From IMG/VR virus record IMGVR_UViG_3300031464_000003: DNA of 46,292 nucleotides; one strand, 5' to 3'. This document shows, one piece after another, positions 29,990-37,819 of the stretch (its first letter is position 1; each line of letters begins with the position of its first letter). This DNA comes from a virus. The notes under the pieces were generated by a model. It was not told where the DNA came from. It was given only the letters and a program-made list of their open reading frames with translations, and made no database searches. The position numbers and the translations under genes were made by a program.

Positions 29990-30871
29990 ATGGCAACCGT
30001 TGGCGAGTTGATCCGCGAAACCCTCTCGTGGGTTCACAGTTTCACCGGCATTCGCGAGCAGGTCACCTACCTGACCGCGCCGGTCAACTCCACCGATCTT
30101 GTTCTGGAGGTGGCGGACGGCAACCGCATCTCCCGCGGCCTTATTGAGGTCGACGAGGAGCTGATGCTGGTCGAGGGTGTGGACGCCAACAGTGTGAGGA
30201 TCTACCCGTTCGGGCGCGGCCAGGAAGGCTCACAGGCCACCTCACACGCGGCCGAGGCGAAGGTCGTCAACGACCCCTTGTTCCCGGTGGTGAACGTCCT
30301 CCAGGCGATGAAGGCAACGGTGCTCCAGCTTCACCCGGACCTGTTCCAGGTGAAGGCGGTCGAGATTGACTACTCCCCTGCACGCATCGCGTACGAGCTG
30401 CCGGCCGACTGCGACCGGGTGTTGCAGGTGACGGCGGACATCCCCGGCCCTACGGGGCTGTGGCCTCAGGTGACCCGCTGGCGGTTCGAGAAAGGCGCCG
30501 CCTCGCCCTACGCCAGCGGCAAGGTGATCGAGATCTACCAGCCCCTCATCCCCGGCCGGAAGTTCCGTGTCGTCTACGCGGCGCCGTACGGGACGCCCGT
30601 GTCCACCACCCAGGATCTCGCCGACCTCGGCATCCAGGACTCGGTGCAGGAGGTTGTGCTGCTGGGGACCGCGTGGCGGCTGACGCAGACGCTGGAGGGC
30701 CAGCGGCTCCAGATGCAGTCGGTGGAGCAGCTAGCCCGCCAGGAGGCTGTGCCGCCTGGGGCGGCCACGAACCTCGCCAAGCAGATCTACGCCATGTATG
30801 CGCTGCGCCGGGATGAGGAGCGCAGACGCCTGTTGACACTGCACCCGCAGCAGCCCCACTTCACGAGGTAG
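29990..30871 (+). CDS. Tail structural protein candidate (293 aa)
   Basis: First of three consecutive large late genes after the lysis cassette. Confidence 0.5.
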   Translation: MATVGELIRETLSWVHSFTGIREQVTYLTAPVNSTDLVLEVADGNRISRGLIEVDEELMLVEGVDANSVRIYPFGRGQEGSQATSHAAEAKVVNDPLFPVVNVLQAMKATVLQLHPDLFQVKAVEIDYSPARIAYELPADCDRVLQVTADIPGPTGLWPQVTRWRFEKGAASPYASGKVIEIYQPLIPGRKFRVVYAAPYGTPVSTTQDLADLGIQDSVQEVVLLGTAWRLTQTLEGQRLQMQSVEQLARQEAVPPGAATNLAKQIYAMYALRRDEERRRLLTLHPQQPHFTR

Positions 30872-30873
30872 GT

Positions 30874-32109
30874 ATGGCGATCCGGCACTACAGCAACGCC
30901 GGCCGGACAACCCTGGTCGGCGACATCGGCGCCACCGACACCACGATCACGGTCGCAGACGCGAGTGGTTTTCCGGCGCTAACACCGTTCACGCTCATCC
31001 TGGATCTGGATGAGGTGACTGAGGAGGTTGTCGAGGTCACCTCCAAGGTCGGCAATCAGTTGACCGTGACCCGTGGCGTGGACGGGACTACTGCGTTCCC
31101 GCACAGCGACGGCGCCGCGGTTGCGCATGGTGTGAGCGCTCGCGATTTCCGCGAGGTCAACACCCACGTCAACACCACCGGTGGTGTGCACGGTGTGCAG
31201 GGTGACCTGGTGGGCACGACGGACACGCAGACGCTCACCAACAAGACGCTGACCGGGGCGACCATCAACGGTGGGACGATCACCGCCGCCGCGATCCGCG
31301 AGGCGACTGTCATCCAGCCCACCACCCCCTCGGGCCAGGTGATCCTGCGCGACTCGGCTGGGATCGACCGAGGTTTCATCGACGGGAACGCTGTCATCCA
31401 GGGCCAGCGCCTGCGGGCGATGAACGAGGACCCCGCGAACATTCCGCTGATTGTTCGCGGCGCCAGCGAGCAGACACTAGAGCTGGTCGCGGTCCGAGAC
31501 AACAGCAACAACCCTGTCTTCATCGTCCACAGCAACAAGCGGGTTGGGGTTAACACCGCCGCGGGCTCGGCCGTGACAGTGTGGGTGAAGCCGGTGGCCG
31601 CCACGGATGTTGGGATGATCATCCAGGGGGTCGACGGCCAGTCCGGCCACTTGCTGCGGATGTCGAACTCGGCGTCTCAGCCGGTGGCGTGGTTCGACGC
31701 CAACGGCCGGTTGACGGCCGCCAACTTCGAGGCGACCGACTGGCAGAGCTACGAGCCAGGTTTCAGCGGCTCGGGTTCCCCGAGTTTCACCCACGCTGGC
31801 CGCTGGAAGCGGGTCGGGACCAAGACGGTGGCATTCCGGATCCAGATCACGTTCCACGCCGCTGGCGCCGGCTCGGGCATTTGCTCGTTCATGCTGCCAA
31901 CCACGCCCAACAGGACGATCCGGCAAACGTTCCACGGCCACATGGAAGGCCCGGGCGGCCACCTCCAGGCGGTGGTGTTCACCGGTGGGTCTGGCAGGGT
32001 GGTTGACCGCATCCTGCTCAACCGTGGCAGCGAGACCCACAACCTGATCGGTAGCGACATCACCGCGAACACGATCATCACTATCCAGGGCACCTACGAG
32101 GAGGCGTAG
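30874..32109 (+). CDS. Tail fibre/spike protein candidate (411 aa)
   Basis: The N-terminus (TTITVADASGFPALTPFTLILDLDEVTEEVVEVTSKVGNQLTVTRGVDGTTAFPH) is the widespread phage tail-fibre N-terminal module. Downstream is Thr/Gly-rich. Confidence 0.55.
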   Translation: MAIRHYSNAGRTTLVGDIGATDTTITVADASGFPALTPFTLILDLDEVTEEVVEVTSKVGNQLTVTRGVDGTTAFPHSDGAAVAHGVSARDFREVNTHVNTTGGVHGVQGDLVGTTDTQTLTNKTLTGATINGGTITAAAIREATVIQPTTPSGQVILRDSAGIDRGFIDGNAVIQGQRLRAMNEDPANIPLIVRGASEQTLELVAVRDNSNNPVFIVHSNKRVGVNTAAGSAVTVWVKPVAATDVGMIIQGVDGQSGHLLRMSNSASQPVAWFDANGRLTAANFEATDWQSYEPGFSGSGSPSFTHAGRWKRVGTKTVAFRIQITFHAAGAGSGICSFMLPTTPNRTIRQTFHGHMEGPGGHLQAVVFTGGSGRVVDRILLNRGSETHNLIGSDITANTIITIQGTYEEA

Positions 32110-34049
32110 TGGACATCATCAGCCGCCTACCGGCGCCGCTGTCCACCCGCCTCGCGGAGACCTCCAGCCGCATCACCACCCTCGCCGGCCGCAAGATCGA
32201 CTATGCGATCGCCGGGGTCCCGTTCCTGTCGGCGGCGACCAGGGAGCTGCCGCTGATCATCGAGACCGCGGAGATGCGGCGGGAGCAGGTGGACCAGGAG
32301 CCAGAGCCGGGGGAGCAGAGTCTTCAGGGCTGGTGGTTGCGGTCGCAGGACTCGTGGCACCACGGGGCCGGCGCCAAGTTCCAGGAGTCGAGGCGCGGCG
32401 TCGTGTCCTCGAACCGGTTCTGGGACTCCAAGGGCATCGACCCGTGGGAGCAGGGTGAGCTGCGGCTGCTGCGCCGCATGGTGTCCTCGGAGAACCTGCC
32501 CGCGAGCGCCACCTGCGTGCAGGTGGTGGGTGGCAAGGTGTACCTGGCGGTCGGGTCGGAGATCCACCAGGCGGACTTGGGCTCGTCCACGACCACCACC
32601 CTGGCGACGCTCGCGGGCCAGACGATCCAGGACCTCGCGGTTGGCCGCGAGAGCTGGTACGGGATCACCGCTCAGGGGAACGTCTTCACCCGCCCGATCG
32701 CGGGCGGCGCCACGAAGACCTGGCCGCTGGTGAATGACGACCCAGTGATCCCAGTGCCCGGCAGGGTGGCGTGGGCTAAGCACAGGCTGTTCGCCACTTA
32801 TGGGCGTAGGGCGTACGTGGTGGACGTCACGGCAGCGGACGCGACCGAGGTGCAGCCGCTGTACAGCCACCCGACCACCGACTGGGTGTTCACGGACATC
32901 GCCGAGGGGCCGAGCTGCGTCTACCTCGCCGGCTACAGCGACTTGGAGTCGGCGATCCAGCGCATCACCCTGGACAGCGACGGGGGCATCCCGCAGTTGT
33001 CCGCTGGCGTGACCACAGCGGTTCTGCCCCGCGGAGAGCGGGTGCAGCGGATCGCGGTCCTGGCCGGCACGTGGATCGGCATCGGCACCAACCAGGGATT
33101 TCGCGTAGGGGCGATAGACGAGAACGGTGACATCGCCTATGGCCCCCTCTTCCTGGCCCCTGAGGGCGTCGTAGAGACGACAGCGATCGCCACCTGGGGT
33201 AGATGGTTCTACGTGGCGTTCAGGACCGAGGACGCCCGTTCTGTGGTCTACAGGGTGGACGTCTCCGCCCAGCCCGAGGAGGACGGCGTATTCGCCTGGG
33301 CGCCTGATGTGGAGCTGGACACGCCCGGGTGTTTCGTGGACTTGGATGTGGCGAACGACGGCCGCGTCGTGGCGGCCTACGAGGCGGGCGAGTACGGCAA
33401 CCAGTCGCCGGCCCCATTCTGTTTCCAGCACGAGTCTGAGCTGGTGGAGCAGGGCTGGATTGAGTTCAGCCAGATCCGGTACCGCACTGTCGAGCCCAAG
33501 CTGTTCAAATACGTCACGCTGGTCACGGATCCCCTGCAAGGCTCCATTGTGGTGGACGCGGTGCTGCCGGACGGCTCCACCAATCGTGTGCGGGTCTATG
33601 ACCGCCAAGGGGTGCCGGTACCGGACCGAGCCCCGATCTCCCCGACCCTTGGCCCGCAGCGCAGCATGGGTTTCCGATTCACCTTGCACAGGTCGGCCAG
33701 CGACCCCACCACAGGGCCGGTGATCCGCGGCTACAGCGTGCAGGCGCTGCCCGCGGTGAGGCCGCAGCGGATCATGCAGGTGCCGCTACTGTGTTTTGAC
33801 CACGAGCGCTGGGTGACTGGCCAGATGGACGGCCGGGACGGCTGGGCCAGGGACCGGCTAGCCATGCTCCACGCGATCGAGGACAGCGGCGACCTCGTGC
33901 TGTTCCAGGATCTCTCTGAGCCCGGCCACACCGGGCGGTTGGTGCGGATCGACAACGTGCGGTTCGTCCAGCACGCGCCGCCGCACGCCACTGAGGTTGG
34001 CCGCGGCTACGGCGGCATCGTGATCCTGACGCTGCGGACGATGGACTAG
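32109..34049 (+). CDS. Large tail protein candidate (646 aa)
   Basis: GTG start overlapping the upstream stop by 1 nt (TAGTG). Largest distal late gene. Confidence 0.5.
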   Translation: MDIISRLPAPLSTRLAETSSRITTLAGRKIDYAIAGVPFLSAATRELPLIIETAEMRREQVDQEPEPGEQSLQGWWLRSQDSWHHGAGAKFQESRRGVVSSNRFWDSKGIDPWEQGELRLLRRMVSSENLPASATCVQVVGGKVYLAVGSEIHQADLGSSTTTTLATLAGQTIQDLAVGRESWYGITAQGNVFTRPIAGGATKTWPLVNDDPVIPVPGRVAWAKHRLFATYGRRAYVVDVTAADATEVQPLYSHPTTDWVFTDIAEGPSCVYLAGYSDLESAIQRITLDSDGGIPQLSAGVTTAVLPRGERVQRIAVLAGTWIGIGTNQGFRVGAIDENGDIAYGPLFLAPEGVVETTAIATWGRWFYVAFRTEDARSVVYRVDVSAQPEEDGVFAWAPDVELDTPGCFVDLDVANDGRVVAAYEAGEYGNQSPAPFCFQHESELVEQGWIEFSQIRYRTVEPKLFKYVTLVTDPLQGSIVVDAVLPDGSTNRVRVYDRQGVPVPDRAPISPTLGPQRSMGFRFTLHRSASDPTTGPVIRGYSVQALPAVRPQRIMQVPLLCFDHERWVTGQMDGRDGWARDRLAMLHAIEDSGDLVLFQDLSEPGHTGRLVRIDNVRFVQHAPPHATEVGRGYGGIVILTLRTMD

Positions 34050-34058
34050 GGGTGGGGC

Positions 34059-34316
34059 ATGGTAGACGAGCCCGGGGTGACAGTCACCCTACGCGAGATC
34101 TACGACGTCGTGAGAAGCACAGAGAAGGAAGTTCAAGCCCTCCACCAGAAGGTGGAGGTGGTGCTGGCGCAGACAGCGGACCACGACAAGCGTATCGAGG
34201 CGCTGGAGCAGACGGCGATCACCAGGCGTGGCGCCCTGGCGTTGATCTCCGCCGCGGGCGCCCTCAGCGGCGTCGCGGCGTTCATCGTGAACCTCGGCAA
34301 CCAGCTTTGGCAGTAG
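34059..34316 (+). CDS. Coiled-coil protein with C-terminal TM helix (85 aa)
   Basis: GALALISAAGALSGVAAFIVNLG lies at the C-terminus. Last gene of the late operon. Confidence 0.5.
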   Translation: MVDEPGVTVTLREIYDVVRSTEKEVQALHQKVEVVLAQTADHDKRIEALEQTAITRRGALALISAAGALSGVAAFIVNLGNQLWQ

Positions 34317-34318
34317 CA

Positions 34319-34340
34319 GCCCGCCCCTTCGGGGGCGGGC
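34319..34340. terminator. Bidirectional terminator between the late operon and the GntR-like gene
   Basis: gcccgcccc-ttcg-ggggcgggc. On the plus strand it is followed by CTATTTGCGTTT. Confidence 0.7.
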
Positions 34341-34640
34341 CTATTTGCGTTTCGGATTCCTGTTCACGATCGTGCCGCGCCCCGCGCGCTTGTAGACCAG
34401 GCCCTTTTCCACTAGGACCTGGAGCGCCCTGCGCACTGTGCCGCGGGCGAGGTTGTACTCCTGCATCAGTTGTTTCTCGCTCGGCAGGAGTGTGCCCGGC
34501 TCCCACTCGCCGCTTTTGATCCTCTCCTCCAGGTCTGCGGCGAGCTGCTCGTAATACCAATCCGCTGTGTTCCGCTTGATCACATCTCTCGGCCCCACCC
34601 TGTCCACGCTAGGACAGGTGTAGCTGTCTAGCCGGCTCAT
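34341..34640 (-). CDS. GntR-family winged-HTH regulator (repressor candidate)
   Basis: LPSEKQLMQEYNLARGTVRRALQVLVEKGLVYKRAGRGTIV is a classic GntR N-terminal domain. Only 99 aa, so there is no effector domain. The start ATG 34640 is uncertain. Confidence 0.7.
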   Translation of the reverse strand: MSRLDSYTCPSVDRVGPRDVIKRNTADWYYEQLAADLEERIKSGEWEPGTLLPSEKQLMQEYNLARGTVRRALQVLVEKGLVYKRAGRGTIVNRNPKRK

Positions 34641-34819
34641 ACCCAGTCCACGCATAAACCGGCATGGACAAGCGTAAACCGGGGGGGTACGGTGTGACCA
34701 GAGCCCGGTGGTTGGTCGACCCAACCACGAGGGAGGCCCACCTGCCCACGGGCCGGCCCCACACCCCTCTCGTCGCCAGGTCCTGGCCACCGGGCTCACC
34801 CCACCACCGGGAGGTAGGG

Positions 34820-35053
34820 ATGACGACGGAGGTAGATCCACTCGACTCAGGTGTAGTCGATTGGGTGTTCGATGGCCGCCTGGCCCAGGAAGGCTGGGGA
34901 CAAGCTGATCTGCGCACGCTTGCCCATGTCCTGTCGCGGCCATGCCCCCACTGCAAGGCGCAGCCTGGCCAATGGTGTGAAACCCAGTCGGGGAGGTTGA
35001 TCAAGAGCCTGGACGATCTTCATGTAGCCCGGCGCCTACCGGGCTTCGCGTAG
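34820..35053 (+). CDS. Small zinc-finger-like protein (77 aa)
   Basis: SD GGGAGG precedes ATG 34820. Contains a CPHC-x7-C cluster. Confidence 0.5.
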   Translation: MTTEVDPLDSGVVDWVFDGRLAQEGWGQADLRTLAHVLSRPCPHCKAQPGQWCETQSGRLIKSLDDLHVARRLPGFA

Positions 35054-35067
35054 CCCCCTCTACACCA

Positions 35068-35098
35068 AGAGCCCCCATCCGCGGAGGATGGGGGCTCT
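35068..35098. terminator. Bidirectional 13-bp terminator between convergent genes
   Basis: agagcccccatcc-gcgga-ggatgggggctct followed by TTT. Confidence 0.75.
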
Positions 35099-35118
35099 TT
35101 GGGCTTCTAAGGGGGTTT

Positions 35119-35349
35119 CTAGGCGATAGGAATCTCGTCCAGGTCCTCGTATACCCGGAAGCGCTTCCGAGGCTCTGAGGCGGCGTCTAGCGCCTTCCAG
35201 AGGGCCTTGAGTGGCTTCGCGTGCTCTGGGCAGAGCAGGGGGCGCCGCCGCTCGCCATCGGGGTCCACGAGGCTCCATTTCTTGAGGCCCCGCGACTCGC
35301 CGCATCCGCGGACGTCGCAGACGACCCGACGCTCAACGATCACCGCCAT
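35119..35349 (-). CDS. Hypothetical protein downstream of int (76 aa); RDF/Xis role possible but unsupported
   Basis: SD GAGGG 4 nt upstream. Overlaps the int 3' end by 17 nt. Contains C-x4-C ... C-x2-H. Confidence 0.5.
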   Translation of the reverse strand: MAVIVERRVVCDVRGCGESRGLKKWSLVDPDGERRRPLLCPEHAKPLKALWKALDAASEPRKRFRVYEDLDEIPIA

Positions 35350-36598
35350 ACGCCCTCAACTCCACTACGTTCTTGGCTCGGAGGCTCGGGTACATGTAGC
35401 GCCCCCGCATCAGCAGGTCGCGGTCCAGCCGGTCTGGCTCACATCCAATGTAGTGCTCGGTCATCATCTGGGTCTTGTGGTGGAGGGCGGCCTGGACGGG
35501 GCGTATGGGGTGGGCCACCGGCCGGACTACCCTGCCGGTGGCCGGGTCCATCCACGGCTCCATCGCCTGTAGCTCGTCATACCAGGCCCGAGCGCCCGAC
35601 CGCCGCAGGGTGTGCATACCCTCACCCTTGAGGGTCCCCTCCGGGGAATCATCGACCGGGAAGTCGATCTTCCTCAGCGCAGCCTTGGCGACCTTCTCCA
35701 GGTGGGTCCGTAGAGGCTGCGACGGGTCTAGCTGGGGGCGGGGAACCGGACCAGGCTGAATGAACCTGGACCCCGGGGGCCGCACGCCCACTCGCTTCCT
35801 CTTGTGGGGGATCAGCGGCCACTCGGGCCGAAGCGGCTCGCCGACGTCCCAGGTATAGAACTCCAGCCACTCGCGTAGCTCCTCGTCCAGCTCCTTCGGG
35901 ATGGGCATCAGGTCATCCTTCTTGGTCTTCTGAACCCGGACGAGGATGGAGCCGCCTTTGAGATCCAACCGCCCAATGGTCAGGGTGGCCATCTCGCTCT
36001 GGCGGAGGAACAGGTAGAGCCCGAGAGCGATCATGATCCGGTCCCGCTTGTGCTCCTGCTCGGCTGCGTCCAACAGCCGCGGGAAGTCGGAGACGTGGAC
36101 GCGCTTGCGCTCCCGCTCGAACGGCTCGAACGCCTCGATGTCCCACATCGGGTCGGAGTCCGGCGGCATCAGCCGGGACCTGCGGCACCACTTGAAGAAG
36201 GTGTTCAGGACCGACCGGTGAACGTTCAGCGATGACGCCTGACGGGTGCGGCCGGCCTCCGCGAAGAAGTTGATCACATGCCGCTCGTCGATGTTCTTGA
36301 CGAGGAGGTTCCCGGTAGTGCTGAGGAACCTATTGAGAGTCTGGGTGTGGTTCTTGATCGTGTTAGGCTGCCGCCTCTTGACTCTCATCGAGGCCAGGTA
36401 CTGGTCGATCGCCCAGCTCAACCGGCCTGGGCTCTCCCCAACTCTGGATGCCACAACCGCCTCCTTTAGGTAGGACTTCGCGGCAATAGTAGCATCCGGC
36501 GTTGACCTGCGGTGCACCAGGAGATCCTCGGACCGCATGATTGTCGAGGAAGTCCTTCTACCGGACGCGACCTGCCGCTTTGCAGACGACCCGGGCAT
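35333..36598 (-). CDS. int: Tyrosine integrase
   Basis: Catalytic signature in order: LFLRQSE (Arg), HTLRRSGA (His-x-x-Arg), HHKTQMMTEHY (His ... Tyr). N-terminal SAM-like core-binding region. Start uncertain (ATG 36598 or 36538). Confidence 0.9.
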   Translation of the reverse strand: MPGSSAKRQVASGRRTSSTIMRSEDLLVHRRSTPDATIAAKSYLKEAVVASRVGESPGRLSWAIDQYLASMRVKRRQPNTIKNHTQTLNRFLSTTGNLLVKNIDERHVINFFAEAGRTRQASSLNVHRSVLNTFFKWCRRSRLMPPDSDPMWDIEAFEPFERERKRVHVSDFPRLLDAAEQEHKRDRIMIALGLYLFLRQSEMATLTIGRLDLKGGSILVRVQKTKKDDLMPIPKELDEELREWLEFYTWDVGEPLRPEWPLIPHKRKRVGVRPPGSRFIQPGPVPRPQLDPSQPLRTHLEKVAKAALRKIDFPVDDSPEGTLKGEGMHTLRRSGARAWYDELQAMEPWMDPATGRVVRPVAHPIRPVQAALHHKTQMMTEHYIGCEPDRLDRDLLMRGRYMYPSLRAKNVVELRAYGGDR

Positions 36599-36750
36599 CG
36601 TAGCACGTCAGAAACTGTCTCGTATAGAGTCATACTCCGGACGCATCATGGCGTCCGCCGCAAGCCGATCTGTTGCGATCGGATCTTGACGTCCCCCCGA
36701 AGCAAGCTCACACTACTTGCTGTGAGGTTGCAGAAAGCCAGGAGATTGAC

Positions 36751-37191
36751 ATGCCCCCTAGACGTCAAGGGCCAGACAAGGAGTGGCTCGCCGATCGGGT
36801 CGCTGAAGGGTACAGCGACCAGGAGATCGCGAACCTCTGGGCCGAAAAGACTGGAGTCCTGTTGACCCGCCAGGGGATCAACCGGCTAGTCAACAAGTGG
36901 GACCTGAGAGGCGAAGAAAAGAAGCGTCAGCGTTACGACGATCTACTCCCCTGGAAGGTCAAGGCCGAGCACGACGGCCACTGGTACCAGCGACTCCTCC
37001 GCGTCGAAGCGAAGCTGAGACGCGGGGAGGAGGTACCGGAGGTCTGGAAGGAACGGGTCGAGAGGTGGAAGGCGAAGTTGAAGGAGTTGAACGCAGTTGT
37101 CGCTTATGTTCCAGATAGTCCGAATGGCTTCTACTTGGTGAAGGCTAAGCCTGGGGAAGAGCTGATCACGCTGAGACAGCGTGGAGACTGA
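36751..37191 (+). CDS. HTH DNA-binding protein divergent from int (146 aa)
   Basis: SD AGGAG precedes ATG 36751. HTH-like segment YSDQEIANLWAEKTGVLLTRQGINRLVNKW. Confidence 0.55.
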   Translation: MPPRRQGPDKEWLADRVAEGYSDQEIANLWAEKTGVLLTRQGINRLVNKWDLRGEEKKRQRYDDLLPWKVKAEHDGHWYQRLLRVEAKLRRGEEVPEVWKERVERWKAKLKELNAVVAYVPDSPNGFYLVKAKPGEELITLRQRGD

Positions 37192-37193
37192 CA

Positions 37194-37221
37194 GGGCCGG
37201 CGCCATCAACGGTGCCGGCCC
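37194..37221 (+). terminator. Terminator after the HTH gene
   Basis: 11-bp stem gggccggcgcc/ggtgccggccc followed by CTTCTTC. Confidence 0.7.
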
Positions 37222-37281
37222 CTTCTTCATGTCCAGGAACGACAACGCCCGGCCTTTGATGGCCGGGCTGGTCTCTCCCCT

Positions 37282-37312
37282 TACACGCGCGCACGCGCAC
37301 GCGCGCGTATAT
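37282..37312. repeat. 31-nt perfectly alternating purine-pyrimidine tract (Z-DNA-prone)
   Basis: tacacgcgcgcacgcgcacgcgcgcgtatat alternates Py/Pu at every position. Confidence 0.9.
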
Positions 37313-37362
37313 CTAGTAACTATTAACTAACACTATTAGTAACTTACTACTAGTACTAGTTA
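37308..37362. other. AT-rich island (13 G/C in 55 nt, 24% GC) with short internal repeats
   Basis: tatatctagtaactattaactaacactattagtaacttactactagtactagtta. TAGTAAC, ACTATTA and ACTAGT each occur twice. Confidence 0.9.
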
Positions 37363-37482
37363 GGCGGCCCTTCAGGGCCGCCCTACTACCTACCTCTTCT
37401 CTGGCGGCCCTTCTGAGGGCCGCCTACCTACCAGTCCTGTCCGGCGGCCCCTGAGGGGCCGCCCTGGTCCAGCTCCCTCACT
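37363..37482. repeat. Three tandem 40-bp units, each starting with the hairpin GGCGGCCC-loop-GGGCCGCC (iteron-like)
   Basis: Units start at 37363, 37403 and 37443. The hairpin halves are conserved, and CTACCTACC-like tails follow units 1 and 2. Confidence 0.85.
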
Positions 37483-37496
37483 TCGTTCGGTCGCTG

Positions 37497-37523
37497 CCCC
37501 CACCCCCCTTTCCCCCCTCCCCC
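37497..37523 (-). other. G-quadruplex motif (minus strand G5-N1-G6-N3-G6-N1-G5)
   Basis: The plus strand reads ccccc a cccccc ttt cccccc t ccccc, immediately downstream of the minus-strand promoter at 37528-37555. Confidence 0.6.
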
Positions 37524-37527
37524 ACGC

Positions 37528-37555
37528 ATGATACACAACGTCGGGTGCTTGTCAA
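37528..37555 (-). promoter_or_regulatory. Sigma-70-type promoter TTGACA-16-TATCAT (leftward)
   Basis: Minus-strand reading: cTTGACAagcacccgacgttgtgTATCATgcg. The spacer resembles that of the 10033 promoter (acccgtcgg vs acccgacg). Confidence 0.6.
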
Positions 37556-37565
37556 GTCGGGAGTT

Positions 37566-37583
37566 GTGACCGGTTCCGGTCGC
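37566..37583. promoter_or_regulatory. Second copy of the 18-bp operator (GTGACCG-gttc-CGGTCGC)
   Basis: Matches GTGACCG-tttc-CGGTCAC at 10010-10027. Lies 10 nt upstream of the -35 of the 37528 promoter and is flanked by the direct repeats GAGTTG. Confidence 0.5.
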
Positions 37584-37682
37584 GAGTTGCAAACTCCTCC
37601 GGATGCAAGTAACATGTGCCCTGCACCTCGAACCCCTGGGTGCAACAGAGTGACGTAGCTCACATGACGAGTCCGTTACGGC

Positions 37683-37727
37683 CCCTGTTAACAAACAGGG
37701 TCCTTACTAGATAATCCCTGACCAGGG
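37683..37727 (+). promoter_or_regulatory. Early rightward promoter candidate TTAACA-16-GATAAT bracketed by CCCTG/CAGGG inverted repeats
   Basis: The -35 is at 37688-37693 and the -10 at 37710-37715. IR CCCTGTT-aaca-AACAGGG (37683-37700) overlaps the -35. IR CCCTG-ac-CAGGG (37716-37727) abuts the -10. Confidence 0.55.
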
Positions 37728-37819
37728 CATAGTTTGTGGCTCAACTTTCTAACGAAGTAACGAGCCACTAGTTACGGCCAACTTGTGAAGAACCGGTCGC
37801 ATGAGAAGGGCAGGACCAC

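Noticed and set aside
28310-33689. Antisense ORFs opposite the lysin and tail genes (28310-29122, 28987-29991, 32127-33689)
   Set aside because: These are shadow ORFs, and the sense-strand genes carry recognisable motifs or coupling.
37363-37482. Three 40-bp repeats as a mini CRISPR array
   Set aside because: There are only three units. The conserved part is itself a perfect hairpin of 20-22 nt, the spacers are 18-20 nt and partly similar to each other, and no cas genes are present apart from a stand-alone Cas4-like nuclease typical of phage recombination modules.
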